In this document: piece by piece, positions 38,886 to 48,385 of the stretch | Layout: each line of letters opens with the position of its first letter | Numbering within the stretch: position 1 is the first letter of the stretch | Assembly: GCA_963805625.1 (NCBI GenBank) | Contig: CAWDVE010000014.1 | Location: forward strand, 148,299-212,298 | From: an uncultured Candidatus Rokubacteria bacterium | GTDB lineage: Bacteria > Methylomirabilota > Methylomirabilia > Rokubacteriales > DASRDR01 | Direction of reading: 5' to 3' | Length of the DNA stretch: 64,000 nucleotides | Notes under the pieces: generated by a model | Databases searched by the model: none | Seen by the model: the letters and a program-made list of their open reading frames with translations, nothing else | What the model was told of the DNA's origin: nothing | Program-made: the position numbers and the translations under genes

Positions 38886-39878
38886 ATGAAGAAGCCGCTG
38901 CTCATCCTCACCAGCGTCGCGGTGCTCGCGCTCGCCGTCAGCAGCCCGGCCATGGCGCAGAAGAAGACCCTCGCGGTCGTCGTCAAGGGCCTGGACAATC
39001 CGTTCTTCACGGTGCTCGGCAATGGCTGCGAGCTGTGGAACAAGGAGAATCCGAACTCCGAGTACAAGTGTCTGTACACCGGTCCGGCGTCGAGCGCGGA
39101 CGAGGCCGGTGAAGTCCGGATCGTCGAGGACTTGATCAATTCCGGCGTCGCGGGGATCGCCATCTCGCCGTCGAATGCCCCTGCGATGGCCAACATGCTG
39201 AAGGCGAAGAAGCCCACGATGCCGATCATGACGATCGACGCGGACCTCGGCGAGGCCGATCGGGCGCTCCGGAAGACCTACCTCGGAACCAACAACTACG
39301 ACATGGGCGTCTTGATGGCGAAGCACCTCAAGGGGTTGAAGCCCAAGGGCGGCACCGTGTGTCTCCAGCTCGGCAACGTCGCGGCCGACAACATCAACGC
39401 CCGGGCCCAGGGGTTCCGCGACACCGTCTCAGGGAAGAAGGGTATCGCCCGGCTCAAGGGCGAGGGCGGCTGGACGGAGATCAGTGGCTGTCCGCTCTTC
39501 ACCAACGATCAGATCGACCTCGCCAACCAGCAGATGTCGGACACCTTCATCGCCAACCCCAATCTCGACGCCTTCATCCTCGTCGGCGGCTGGGCGCAGT
39601 TCGGCCCGCAAGCCTACGCGCAGGTCACCGACCAGGTGATGGCCAAGCTGAAGGAGAAGAAGCTCGTCATCGTGGCCGGCGACACCCTGCCACCACAGAT
39701 GAACGCCCTCAAGGCCGGCCGGAGCCACGCGCAGATCGGCCAGCGCCCGTTCGAGATGGGCCATCGCGCCCCCGCGGTGCTCATCGACCTTATCAACAAG
39801 AAGCCGGTCAAGGATCCGCTCTACACCGGCCTCGACGAGTGCACCCCGCAGAACATCGGGAAGTGCCCGGCGCAGTAG
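38886..39878 (+). CDS. Sugar ABC transporter substrate-binding protein (RbsB-like)
   Basis: Signal peptide, KGLDNPFF, GTNNYDMG, IGQRPFEMG. Confidence 0.92.
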   Translation: MKKPLLILTSVAVLALAVSSPAMAQKKTLAVVVKGLDNPFFTVLGNGCELWNKENPNSEYKCLYTGPASSADEAGEVRIVEDLINSGVAGIAISPSNAPAMANMLKAKKPTMPIMTIDADLGEADRALRKTYLGTNNYDMGVLMAKHLKGLKPKGGTVCLQLGNVAADNINARAQGFRDTVSGKKGIARLKGEGGWTEISGCPLFTNDQIDLANQQMSDTFIANPNLDAFILVGGWAQFGPQAYAQVTDQVMAKLKEKKLVIVAGDTLPPQMNALKAGRSHAQIGQRPFEMGHRAPAVLIDLINKKPVKDPLYTGLDECTPQNIGKCPAQ

Positions 39879-39902
39879 CCCGAGATCGCATGCCGGGCTC
39901 CG

Positions 39903-39928
39903 GGGCGCCTGCGGGCGCCCTTTTTTTT
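39903..39928 (+). terminator. Intrinsic terminator between the SBP and ATPase genes
   Basis: GGGCGCC-TGCG-GGCGCCC followed by T8. Confidence 0.8.
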
Positions 39929-39997
39929 CCGGCGGCGCAGCCACCCCATGGTCACCCGGTCTCCCGGGGCGAAGGGCGATAGGGGGGTCCTCGACCC

Positions 39998-40738
39998 ATG
40001 GCACTGCTCGAGCTCTCCGGGATCTCCAAGCACTTCGGCGCCATCCAGGCGCTGATCAACGTGTCCCTCTCCCTGCGACCCGGCGAGGTCGTCGGCCTGA
40101 TGGGCGACAACGGCGCGGGCAAGTCCACGCTCGTCAAGATCGTCGCCGGGAACTATCCTCCCAGCGGCGGGACGATCGAGATGCTCGGCCGCAAGGTCGC
40201 CTTTCACAGGCCGGCCGATGCCCGGGCCGAAGGCATCGAGGTCGTCTACCAGGATCTGGCGCTCTGCGACAATCTCACCGCCGCGGCGAATGTCTATCTG
40301 GGCCGCGAGCTCCTGCGCGGCTTCGGTCCGTTCCGTGTCCTGAACTACCGGGCCATGTACCAGCGGGCGGGAGAGCTGTTCGCCGAGCTGAAGTCGGAGA
40401 CGAGACCGCGCGACCTGGTCCGCCGGATGTCCGGCGGCCAGCGTCAGGCCGTCGCGATTGCGCGAACGCGGCTGTCGGAGCCCAAGATCGTCCTGATGGA
40501 CGAGCCCACGGCCGCCATAAGCGTGCGGCAGGTGGCCGAGGTGCTCAACCTGATCCGGCGGCTGCGCGACCACGACATCGCTGTCGTGCTCATCAGTCAT
40601 CGCATGCCGGACGTCTTTGCCGTATCCGACCGGATCGTCGTGCTCCGGCGAGGCGAGAAGGTGGCGGACAAGGCCATCGCGGACAGCTCGCCGGAAGAGG
40701 TCACGGGCCTCATCACCGGCGCGATCGAGTCCGCCTGA
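39998..40738 (+). CDS. Sugar ABC transporter ATP-binding protein
   Basis: Walker A GDNGAGKST, MSGGQRQ, LMDEPT, ISH. Confidence 0.95.
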   Translation: MALLELSGISKHFGAIQALINVSLSLRPGEVVGLMGDNGAGKSTLVKIVAGNYPPSGGTIEMLGRKVAFHRPADARAEGIEVVYQDLALCDNLTAAANVYLGRELLRGFGPFRVLNYRAMYQRAGELFAELKSETRPRDLVRRMSGGQRQAVAIARTRLSEPKIVLMDEPTAAISVRQVAEVLNLIRRLRDHDIAVVLISHRMPDVFAVSDRIVVLRRGEKVADKAIADSSPEEVTGLITGAIESA

Positions 40739-40781
40739 TGGACGCCGCGGCCGTCGACGCCCGGGGGCGCCACACGAGACG

Positions 40782-41801
40782 ATGACTCTCGAGGATTCGA
40801 CCGGCAAGCAGGCTCGCGGCAATCTACTGAGCTGGCTCGTCAGCCGCCAGACGTTCTGGGTATCCTTCGCCGCCGTGCTGGCCTTCGTCCTCCTGTCCCT
40901 GGCAAGCGACGTCTTCGCGACGCAGCAGAACCTCTTCAACGTCACCCGCAACTTCGCCTTCGTCGGAATCATCGCGCTCGGCATGACCGCGGTCATCATC
41001 ACCGGTGGCATCGACCTGTCGGTCGGAGCCGTGCTGGCGCTCTCCGGCATGGTCATCGGGATGTCGATGAACGTCGGCGCTCCCTTCTGGGTTGCGGTTC
41101 CGCTCGCGCTCGGCGCCGCACTCCTCGTCGGCAGCTTCAACGGCGTGATGATCGCGCATGTCGGCATGCCCCCTTTCGTCGTGACCCTGGGTATGCTGTC
41201 CATCGCGCGGAGCCTCGCGATGGTTCTGTCCAACAACCGGATGGTCTACGAGTTCGGCCCCGACCAGGCTCAGCTGCTGGCGCTCGGCGGCGGGTTCATC
41301 AGCGTGGCCGTGCCGTTCCGCGACGCCATCCGGGTGCCGAACCCGGTCGTGTTCCTGATCGTGATGGCGCTGGCCACCGGCTGGGCCTTCCGGTGGACCA
41401 AGTGGGGCCGGCACGTCTTCGCCGTCGGCGGCAACGAGGCGGCGGCGAACCTCACCGGCGTGCCGGTTCGCCGCGTGAAGGTGAGCGTCTACATGCTCTG
41501 CAGCGCGTGTGCCGGAATCGCCGGCATCCTCGAGGTGGGATGGCTCGGCACGATCAGCACGAGCCTCGGACAGGGCATGGAGCTCGCCGTCATCGCCGCG
41601 GCCGTGATCGGCGGGGCGAATCTGATGGGCGGCGGGGGTACCGCGCTCGGCGCGGTCGTCGGGGCCGCGCTCATCGAGATCATACGGAACAGCCTCATCC
41701 TGCTCGGCATCAGCACCTTCTGGCAGGGCACCTTCGTCGGCAGCTTCATCATCGTCGCGGTGCTGTTCGATCGGTTGCGGACCGGGCGCTCCGACGACTG
41801 A
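40782..41801 (+). CDS. Sugar ABC transporter permease (RbsC-like)
   Basis: GGIDLSVG, PFVVTLG, AVGGNEAAA, IAAAVIGG. Confidence 0.93.
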   Translation: MTLEDSTGKQARGNLLSWLVSRQTFWVSFAAVLAFVLLSLASDVFATQQNLFNVTRNFAFVGIIALGMTAVIITGGIDLSVGAVLALSGMVIGMSMNVGAPFWVAVPLALGAALLVGSFNGVMIAHVGMPPFVVTLGMLSIARSLAMVLSNNRMVYEFGPDQAQLLALGGGFISVAVPFRDAIRVPNPVVFLIVMALATGWAFRWTKWGRHVFAVGGNEAAANLTGVPVRRVKVSVYMLCSACAGIAGILEVGWLGTISTSLGQGMELAVIAAAVIGGANLMGGGGTALGAVVGAALIEIIRNSLILLGISTFWQGTFVGSFIIVAVLFDRLRTGRSDD

Positions 41802-41969
41802 CGTCTGGCGGCCCGCTCCGATCGAGCCGGAGGGCGAGGGTGCCTGCGACACGGGCTCGGCCGGCCGGCGACCGGAGGCCCGGCATCCAAGTCTCGTCCG
41901 CGGCTGGTCTCGGGGTCGCCGGCGAGTCTGGGCGGCTGGCGGAGAGCCGATCCGACTCGCGAGACGGGA

Positions 41970-42302
41970 CTAGCGGGCGGGGCGATAGGCCTTGGCGACG
42001 GCGTCCGCTTTCTTCATCGCCCCCACCCCTTCAGTCCCCGACATCAGGACGGTGGTCTTGCTGGCCTTGATGGCGCCTCCAGCGGCGACCCCCAGCGCGA
42101 TCGCGGCCATGCTCTCGTTGCCTGGCACATCCGCGATGATGACGAGGTCGTACTCGCCGAAGCACAACCACCCTCCGACCAGCTTGCCCCCCACGGCCTC
42201 GCACACCTGGCGCCCCACGGTCTCGACCCGGTTCTGCGGGTTCTTCAGCTGAGCGCTCCAGGACTCGGGAGTGTAGGCGGCCTGGTACATGTAGAGCGGC
42301 AT
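41970..42302 (-). CDS. GYD domain protein
   Basis: YMYQAAYTPE, FGEYDLVII. Confidence 0.85.
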   Translation of the reverse strand: MPLYMYQAAYTPESWSAQLKNPQNRVETVGRQVCEAVGGKLVGGWLCFGEYDLVIIADVPGNESMAAIALGVAAGGAIKASKTTVLMSGTEGVGAMKKADAVAKAYRPAR

Positions 42303-42467
42303 GATGGACCTCCGTGGTTCGTAGTTCTCGGCCAGGACCGGTCTCCGCCAGGGCGACATGATACCGCCGCAGCCACGGCCCGCCAATCGCGGCCGCTCGG
42401 AGGGGCCCTCGACGGAGCAGGTACAATGATCTCGGAGCGCCGAGCCTGCACGCGGGAGGTCTTGCCC

Positions 42468-43334
42468 ATGGCCGAATCAAGGAGAGTGACCAAGGTCGTC
42501 ACGCCGCCAGAACCGGTCGTCGAGGGCGCCGGGGTGCACCTCGGGCGGAGCATCGGCACCCGGCGGCTCGATCACCTCGATCCGTTCCTCCTGCTCGATC
42601 ACTTCGAGTCGGCCGAGCCGGCGGACTATCGGGCCGGCTTCCCGTACCACCCGCACCGCGGCATCGAAACGGTGACGATCGTGAGGAAGGGAGAGGTGCG
42701 GCACCGCGATTCCCTCGGCCACCAGGGAAGCATCGGCGCGGGGGACATCCAGTGGATGACGTCGGGGAGCGGCATCCTCCACGAGGAGATGCCGCAGGTG
42801 CGTCCCGAGGGCATCGCCGGGCTCCAACTGTGGCTGAACCTGCCCGCGCGCGAGAAGATGACGCGACCCAAGTATCGGGATCTCCAGGGCGGTCAACTCC
42901 CTGAGGTCGAGGCGACCGAAGGCGCGCGGCTTCGGGTGATCGCGGGCGAAGCAGCCGGCAGGCGCGGTCCGGTCGAGGGCCTGGCCGTCGCTCCCAAGTT
43001 CGTGGACGTGACGCTCCCGCCCGGCACCGCCTTCCGCGAATCGGTGGCGCTAGGCCACACCGTCTTCGCGTATCTCGACCACGGCGACGTCCACTTCGGC
43101 CCGGAGCGAAAGCCCATCCGCGGTCCCGCCCTGGTCGTCTTCGGTGACGGCGATCTCGTGGAAGCCTCGGCCGGGACCGACGGGGGCCGCTTCCTGCTCG
43201 CGGCGGCCCGGCCGCTCGGAGAGCCGATCGCCCGCTACGGGCCGTTCGTCATGAACACGCGGGCGGAGATCGAGCAGACGCTGGAGGATCTCCGCACGGG
43301 TCACTTCATCCGTGAGGAGCCGGGCGACAGTTGA
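42468..43334 (+). CDS. Pirin family protein
   Basis: DPFLLLDH, HPHRGIETVT, HEEMP, YGPFVMNT. Confidence 0.95.
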   Translation: MAESRRVTKVVTPPEPVVEGAGVHLGRSIGTRRLDHLDPFLLLDHFESAEPADYRAGFPYHPHRGIETVTIVRKGEVRHRDSLGHQGSIGAGDIQWMTSGSGILHEEMPQVRPEGIAGLQLWLNLPAREKMTRPKYRDLQGGQLPEVEATEGARLRVIAGEAAGRRGPVEGLAVAPKFVDVTLPPGTAFRESVALGHTVFAYLDHGDVHFGPERKPIRGPALVVFGDGDLVEASAGTDGGRFLLAAARPLGEPIARYGPFVMNTRAEIEQTLEDLRTGHFIREEPGDS

Positions 43335-43835
43335 TTCCTGCCCGAGGCGGGGTGATCGGCTTCACGCGATCATTCCCTGGCGCGATCGACGCCAGCCCGG
43401 TCTCGCCATCCTGCGCGAGACATCGGGTGCCGCGTCGGAGCGGATCCAGCCCGCCGCAGCCGGCGAGCGCTCGTGCAGGGTCTCGGGAGCCGGGCCTTCA
43501 GGCGCGCCGCGCGTAGCGAAGATATTCCGGACCGGCATCGGCCCCACCCCTCCTCGCATGGCCATCGACCGGCCGGACGTCCCCTCGCCTGTCCCCCCGG
43601 ATTCCGTGACTCTCTCCCGGCACCTTCCAGCCGGTGCGATGTCGCCGGGCTTCACGCGGCCGAGGGATGCGACCGTGCCGCGACGATGCGCCGCGACGCG
43701 AATGCGCCCTGTGACCGCGGAGGACGCCAGGGTGCGGACCGCGGCCGCCGGCCATCTCGCCCGGCTCCGCCGGCGGCCTGAGGAATGCTAGGGTGAACCG
43801 GACCGCAGGATGGGGCGGAACGGAGGGAAGACCGC

Positions 43836-44477
43836 GTGGGTCCAGCCCAACACGGGAGCGAGCATCGGCGACACTTCTCCATGCTCCGCTCGTTCCATTT
43901 GGCCGACTTCTTCACGCTGGCGAACGGCTCCTGCGGCACCGCCGCCATCTTCTTCGCGATGGCTCACATGCGCGAGGCGGCGCCGGAGAAGGTCTACGCG
44001 GCCGGGGCGCTCATCGTCCTGGCTCTCGTGTTCGACGTCGTCGACGGGCGGGTCGCGAGGTGGCGTCACCGAGCCTCCCCGCTCGGGCGCGAGCTCGACT
44101 CGCTGGCCGACGTGATCAGCTTCGGGGTGGCCCCGGCCTGTCTCGGCTATACCGTGGGCATGTCCAGCCCCATCGACCAGCTGGTCCTGCTCTACTTCGT
44201 CGCCTGCGGGATCAGCCGTCTCGCGCGATACAACGTCACCGCGGAGGCCATGTCGGCGGAGACGGGCAAGGTGACCTACTTCGAGGGGACCCCCATCCCG
44301 ACGAGCGTCCTCCTCGTCCTGCTGCTCCTGGCGCTGGCAGGCGCAGGCAGGATCGGGGAGACGCTCCCGTTCGGCTCGCTCTCGATCAGGGGCGCCGTCT
44401 TCCACCCCTTCGTCCTGACGTTCGGGCTCTCCGGATCGCTGATGATCAGCAAGACGCTCCGGATCCCGAAGCCCTGA
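43836..44477 (+). CDS. pssA: CDP-diacylglycerol--serine O-phosphatidyltransferase
   Basis: DVVDGRVAR..GRELDSLADVISFGVAP, RLARYNV, FEGTPIP. Confidence 0.85.
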   Translation: MGPAQHGSEHRRHFSMLRSFHLADFFTLANGSCGTAAIFFAMAHMREAAPEKVYAAGALIVLALVFDVVDGRVARWRHRASPLGRELDSLADVISFGVAPACLGYTVGMSSPIDQLVLLYFVACGISRLARYNVTAEAMSAETGKVTYFEGTPIPTSVLLVLLLLALAGAGRIGETLPFGSLSIRGAVFHPFVLTFGLSGSLMISKTLRIPKP

Positions 44478-44685
44478 GGCGACCTCTCGGGCCCTTGCCG
44501 CGCCGGCCGAGAGACCATCGCCCATCCAACTCGGCACCCCGTGAGTCCCGCGGCGCCTTCCGGAGAGACCGGGAGGCAGGCCCATCTCGCCGGCCGCGTG
44601 GCGGCCACGCTGACGGCGAAGGCTTCCGAGCTTCTCGCGCAGTCGTCGATGATCGAGGAGGTCGACGTGGCCGCGACCGCACTCC

Positions 44686-45525
44686 CTAGAGCGTCGGGAG
44701 CTCGCGCGGCCGCGGTCCGAGCGGGAAGGCCTCGTCAATCCGGGCGAGCTCGGCCTTCGTCAGCTCGAGATCCCCGGCTCCCGCGTTCTCCGCCACGTGC
44801 TCCGGCCTGCCTGCCTTGGGGATCGTGAAGAGCGAGGACCACCGCACCAGGAAGCGAAGCGCGACCTGGCGTGGGGTGGCGCCGTGCGCCGCGGCGATCT
44901 CTTGCAGCACGCGGCCACCCTTCGTGCGCGGACCGGGAAAGCGCCCGTGTCCGAATGGGCTGTATCCTACCACGGCCACGCGATGCTTCTCGCACCAGGG
45001 AATCACGGCGTGCTCGATCGCGCGCTCTTCCAGGTGATAGAGCACCTGGTTGCACGCCATGCGGCCCTCGCCTGCGATCAGGCGGGCCGCTTCGAGCTCG
45101 TGGACGTCGAAGTTGCTCACGCCCCACGACAGGATCTTGCCGCCGCGCCGAAGCTGCTCGAATGCGGCGATCGTGTCCTCCAGCGGGTGCTCGCCGGCCC
45201 AGTGCAGGAGGTACGAGTCCAGCCGGTCGGTTCGGAGCCGCGCCAGCGACCGCTCGCAGGCCGCGATGGTCCCCTTCAACGTGGCATGCTCGGGAAGGAC
45301 CTTCGAGACCAGAAAGACGTCGTCGCGCCGCCCATCGATCGCTCCGGCGATGACCTCCTCGGCGTCGCCATACATCTCGGCGGTGTCGATGTGCGTCATC
45401 CCGAGATCGAGGCCCCGGCGCAGCGCGGCGACGGCGGCCGCGCGATCGCCCCTGTCCAGGTACCAGGTGCCCTGGCCGATCGCTGCGACATCCCGTGTGG
45501 TCGAGCCGAAGCGACGCCGCTCCAT
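44686..45525 (-). CDS. Aldo/keto reductase
   Basis: GQGTW, IDTAEMYG, LVSKV, YLLHW, GVSNF, TIPKA. Confidence 0.93.
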   Translation of the reverse strand: MERRRFGSTTRDVAAIGQGTWYLDRGDRAAAVAALRRGLDLGMTHIDTAEMYGDAEEVIAGAIDGRRDDVFLVSKVLPEHATLKGTIAACERSLARLRTDRLDSYLLHWAGEHPLEDTIAAFEQLRRGGKILSWGVSNFDVHELEAARLIAGEGRMACNQVLYHLEERAIEHAVIPWCEKHRVAVVGYSPFGHGRFPGPRTKGGRVLQEIAAAHGATPRQVALRFLVRWSSLFTIPKAGRPEHVAENAGAGDLELTKAELARIDEAFPLGPRPRELPTL

Positions 45526-45593
45526 GTTCGTCCTCCGGACGGTTTCTCGATCGGTCCTGGCTCGGCACCTCGGGCCGCTCCCCGAGGCCCGGC

Positions 45594-46046
45594 TCAGCCG
45601 ACCACCCGCTCCAGCCGTCGCGCGATCTCCGACTTCGGCTGCACTCCGACGATCCGGTCGACCTCGCGGCCCTGCTGGAGCACGAGCAGCGTGGGAATGC
45701 TCTGGACCCCGAACCGCGCCGCCGTCGCCGGGTTCTCGTCCACGTTCAGCTTCGCGACTCGGACACGTCCGGACATCTCCCCGGCGAGCTCCTCCACCAT
45801 GGGGGCGATCATCCGGCAGGGCCCGCACCACGGCGCCCACATGTCCAGGAGCACCGGCAGAGGCGAGCGCTCGACGTCGGCGGAGAACGTCGCGTCGGTC
45901 ACCGTGATCGGCGTCGAGTCGACGGGCAGGGGCGTCTTGCAGCGCCCACAGATCGGCGCCAAGCCCTGCGCCACTTTCGCCCACGGGACCCGGTTGGCCG
46001 CGCCACAGACCGGGCACCGGATGAGGCGCGTGTCTGGCGAGGGCAT
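45594..46046 (-). CDS. trxC: Thioredoxin 2 (zinc finger plus Trx domain)
   Basis: CPVC..CGRC N-terminal zinc motif and WCGPC active site. Confidence 0.93.
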   Translation of the reverse strand: MPSPDTRLIRCPVCGAANRVPWAKVAQGLAPICGRCKTPLPVDSTPITVTDATFSADVERSPLPVLLDMWAPWCGPCRMIAPMVEELAGEMSGRVRVAKLNVDENPATAARFGVQSIPTLLVLQQGREVDRIVGVQPKSEIARRLERVVG

Positions 46047-46338
46047 CACGTGGAGGCGGCGAGGCGCCGCGCCGCGTGGCCATACCGCCTCAAGAGAGCG
46101 CCCCTCCCGGCACGTCCGCCAGGGCGCCGCTCCCGCTGAAGGGCCACGTCCGACCGGAACGAACCATCGTGGCGTAGCGAACGCTCGAGCGTCGGTGGCG
46201 CATGATCCAGTGCCCGGTTCATTGTGCTCGCCCGGCGCCACCACGGTCAATCGCACGGCCTGCCAAGCGCCATGCCGCCTGAACACGCCCAGGGTCCAAT
46301 GGACGGCGGGCGCGGTCCGGTCTAGGGTCTGGCCGGGT

Positions 46339-47167
46339 GATGCGGCTCCTCTCGAGACGAACATCGCCCAGGCCACCGTCCGGCTGATCGCGGGATTTGC
46401 CCTGAAGGTGCTCGGCGCCATCGCCGTCTGGTTCGTCGCCCGCCGGGTCATCGCGCACGTCGCGCGGCTGGTCGTCCGAGGCTGGTCGTCCGCAGCCTCA
46501 AGCACCCCTTCGACCAGACGGTCGCCGGGTACATCGGAACGGCCGTCGCCGTCCTCCTCAACATCGGGATGATCCTCGGCATCCTCGGCCTGTTCGGCAT
46601 CGAGACGACGAGCTTCGCCGCGCTGCTGGCCGGCGTCGGGGTGGCGGTCGGGGCCGCGTGGGGCGGGCGGCTCGCCAACCTCGCGGCAGGCATCTTCCTG
46701 CTCATCCTGCGCCCTTCAAGATCGGCGACTTCATCCAGGCCGGCGGTATCATCGGCACCGTCCCAGGAGATGGGCCTGTTCGTGACCACCATCGACATGA
46801 TGGACAACGTCAGGACGTTCGTCGGAAACAACAAGATCCTGTCCGACAACATCCAGAACTTCACCGCGAACCCGTATCGGCGCGTCGACCTCGTGGCCCA
46901 GCTCCACAACGTGGTCGACCCCCAGGCGGCGGCCCGTCTCCTCAAGGCGCAGCTCGCCCGCATCCCGAACGTCCTCGCCCAGCCCGCGCCCGACGTCGAG
47001 ATTCTGAGCGTCAACCCCCTCGGCCCGGTCCTCGCGGTCCGGCCCTACTGCCACCACGAGCACTACTGGCAGGTCTACTTCGACACCAACCGGGCCATCC
47101 GCGAGTCCTTCGGCGAGGCGAGCTTCCCCGTCCCGAGCAAACGTGTTCGTGCGGAGCGCCGGCTAGC
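46339..47167 (+). pseudogene. MscS mechanosensitive channel with several frameshifts
   Basis: FGIETTSFAALLAG, LRPFKIGDFI, NNKILSDNIQNF, RPYCHHEHYWQVYFD spread over frames. Confidence 0.8.
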
Positions 47168-47258
47168 GCCGGAGCACCGGGCCGCCTTGCGCCCGCCCTC
47201 GAGCCCGGACTACCCTGGGCTCCGAACGGGCCAGATCCGAACGGGAGCGAAAAACCGC

Positions 47259-47963
47259 ATGGAATTCGCCGTCGAGCCGGACGTCTTCGCGCGCTTTCCA
47301 GGGATGCGTCTGGCCGTCGTCGTGGCGCGCGATGTGGACAACCGTGAAGACCGACCCCCGGTCGCCCGCGCATGGGCTGAGACATGGGCGGCGGCGGCGA
47401 GCGCGGCGGCGCCGTACGGGAACGCGCAGTCCCATCCGCGCGTTCTCGCGTGGCGGCAGCGCTTCCAGGCGATCGGTGTCTCCATGCGGCACTTCCCCAC
47501 GTCGATCGAGGCGCTCCTCCGGCGCGCGATGAAGGGCGGCGCCCCATTTCGCATCAACCCGGTGGTCGACTTCTACAACGGCGTGTCGCTCCGCCACACT
47601 GTGCCCGTCGGCGGCTTCGACCTGGACCGCGTGCCCGATCCCCTCGCCGTCCGGCTCACGCGGGACGGTGATACCTTCGCGGCGCTCGACGGCGACGGCC
47701 CGGTCCCCGTGCCGGCCGGAGAGGTCGCCTACGCGACGGGCGCAACGGTCCTCACCCGTCAACTCATGTGGCGTCAGTCCCGCGATGGGCTCATCCACCC
47801 GGAGACCCGCTCCGTGTTCCTCGTCTCCGAGAGCCTGCCCGAGGCGGGTGCCGGCCTGGCCGAAACCGTTCTCGACGAGCTCGCTGCCGGGCTCGGCCAG
47901 AACTTCGGGGCGTCGGTGCGTCGCTTCGTCGTCGACGCCGCCACGCCACGCATCGGCTGGTGA
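47259..47963 (+). CDS. Free-standing B3/4 (PheRS-beta editing-like) domain protein
   Basis: PTSIEALLRR, INPVVDFYNGVSL, GGFDLD, WRQS. Confidence 0.88.
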   Translation: MEFAVEPDVFARFPGMRLAVVVARDVDNREDRPPVARAWAETWAAAASAAAPYGNAQSHPRVLAWRQRFQAIGVSMRHFPTSIEALLRRAMKGGAPFRINPVVDFYNGVSLRHTVPVGGFDLDRVPDPLAVRLTRDGDTFAALDGDGPVPVPAGEVAYATGATVLTRQLMWRQSRDGLIHPETRSVFLVSESLPEAGAGLAETVLDELAAGLGQNFGASVRRFVVDAATPRIGW

Positions 47964-47965
47964 CA

Positions 47966-48299
47966 TGCGGGTGACGGACGAGGCGATCTCCATCGACCTC
48001 GCCCGACGACGCCGGCTTCTCGTCGCGACGCTGGCCGCCACCCGGCTCGCCGACGCCGCGGGCGCCGGACCCGTCCTCGCCGACTGCCGGCACTGGCTCG
48101 ACCGCGGGCCGGCGTGGGCCTCGTCGCGGTCGGCATGGCGCGTCAGGGCTTCGATCTCGAGCTCACGCGCTTCGGCGACGAGGGCTGACGCGCCACCTTC
48201 TCCCCGGCCGGGCGCGCCCACTCCGTCGCCGCCGGCTCGGCCTGGGAGGCCGCGCCCTGGCGGGCCGTCCAGCGAGCGGCCTGGGAGGCGCTCGGATAG
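47966..48299 (+). pseudogene. Disrupted conserved hypothetical protein (WLD..GMARQGFDL..PWRAVQRAAW family)
   Basis: One frameshift near 48105 and a TGA at 48186 in G*RATF, where Trp is expected. Confidence 0.6.
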
Positions 48300-48385
48300 C
48301 CAGAATTCGCACGGCGACGGCACGCGCGACGCGTCGCCACCGCCCGGCGGCCCGCGGGCCGCCGGCTCCTAACGGGAGAACGGCC

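Noticed and set aside
46569-47963. Apparent MscS-B3/4 fusion ORF
   Set aside because: Explained by a frameshift at the end of mscS; the B3/4 gene has its own RBS and ATG at 47259
48186-48188. In-frame TGA in the small hypothetical gene as a fourth selenocysteine
   Set aside because: It sits in G*RATF, where I recall Trp in this family (TGG to TGA); the gene also has a frameshift and I saw no convincing SECIS
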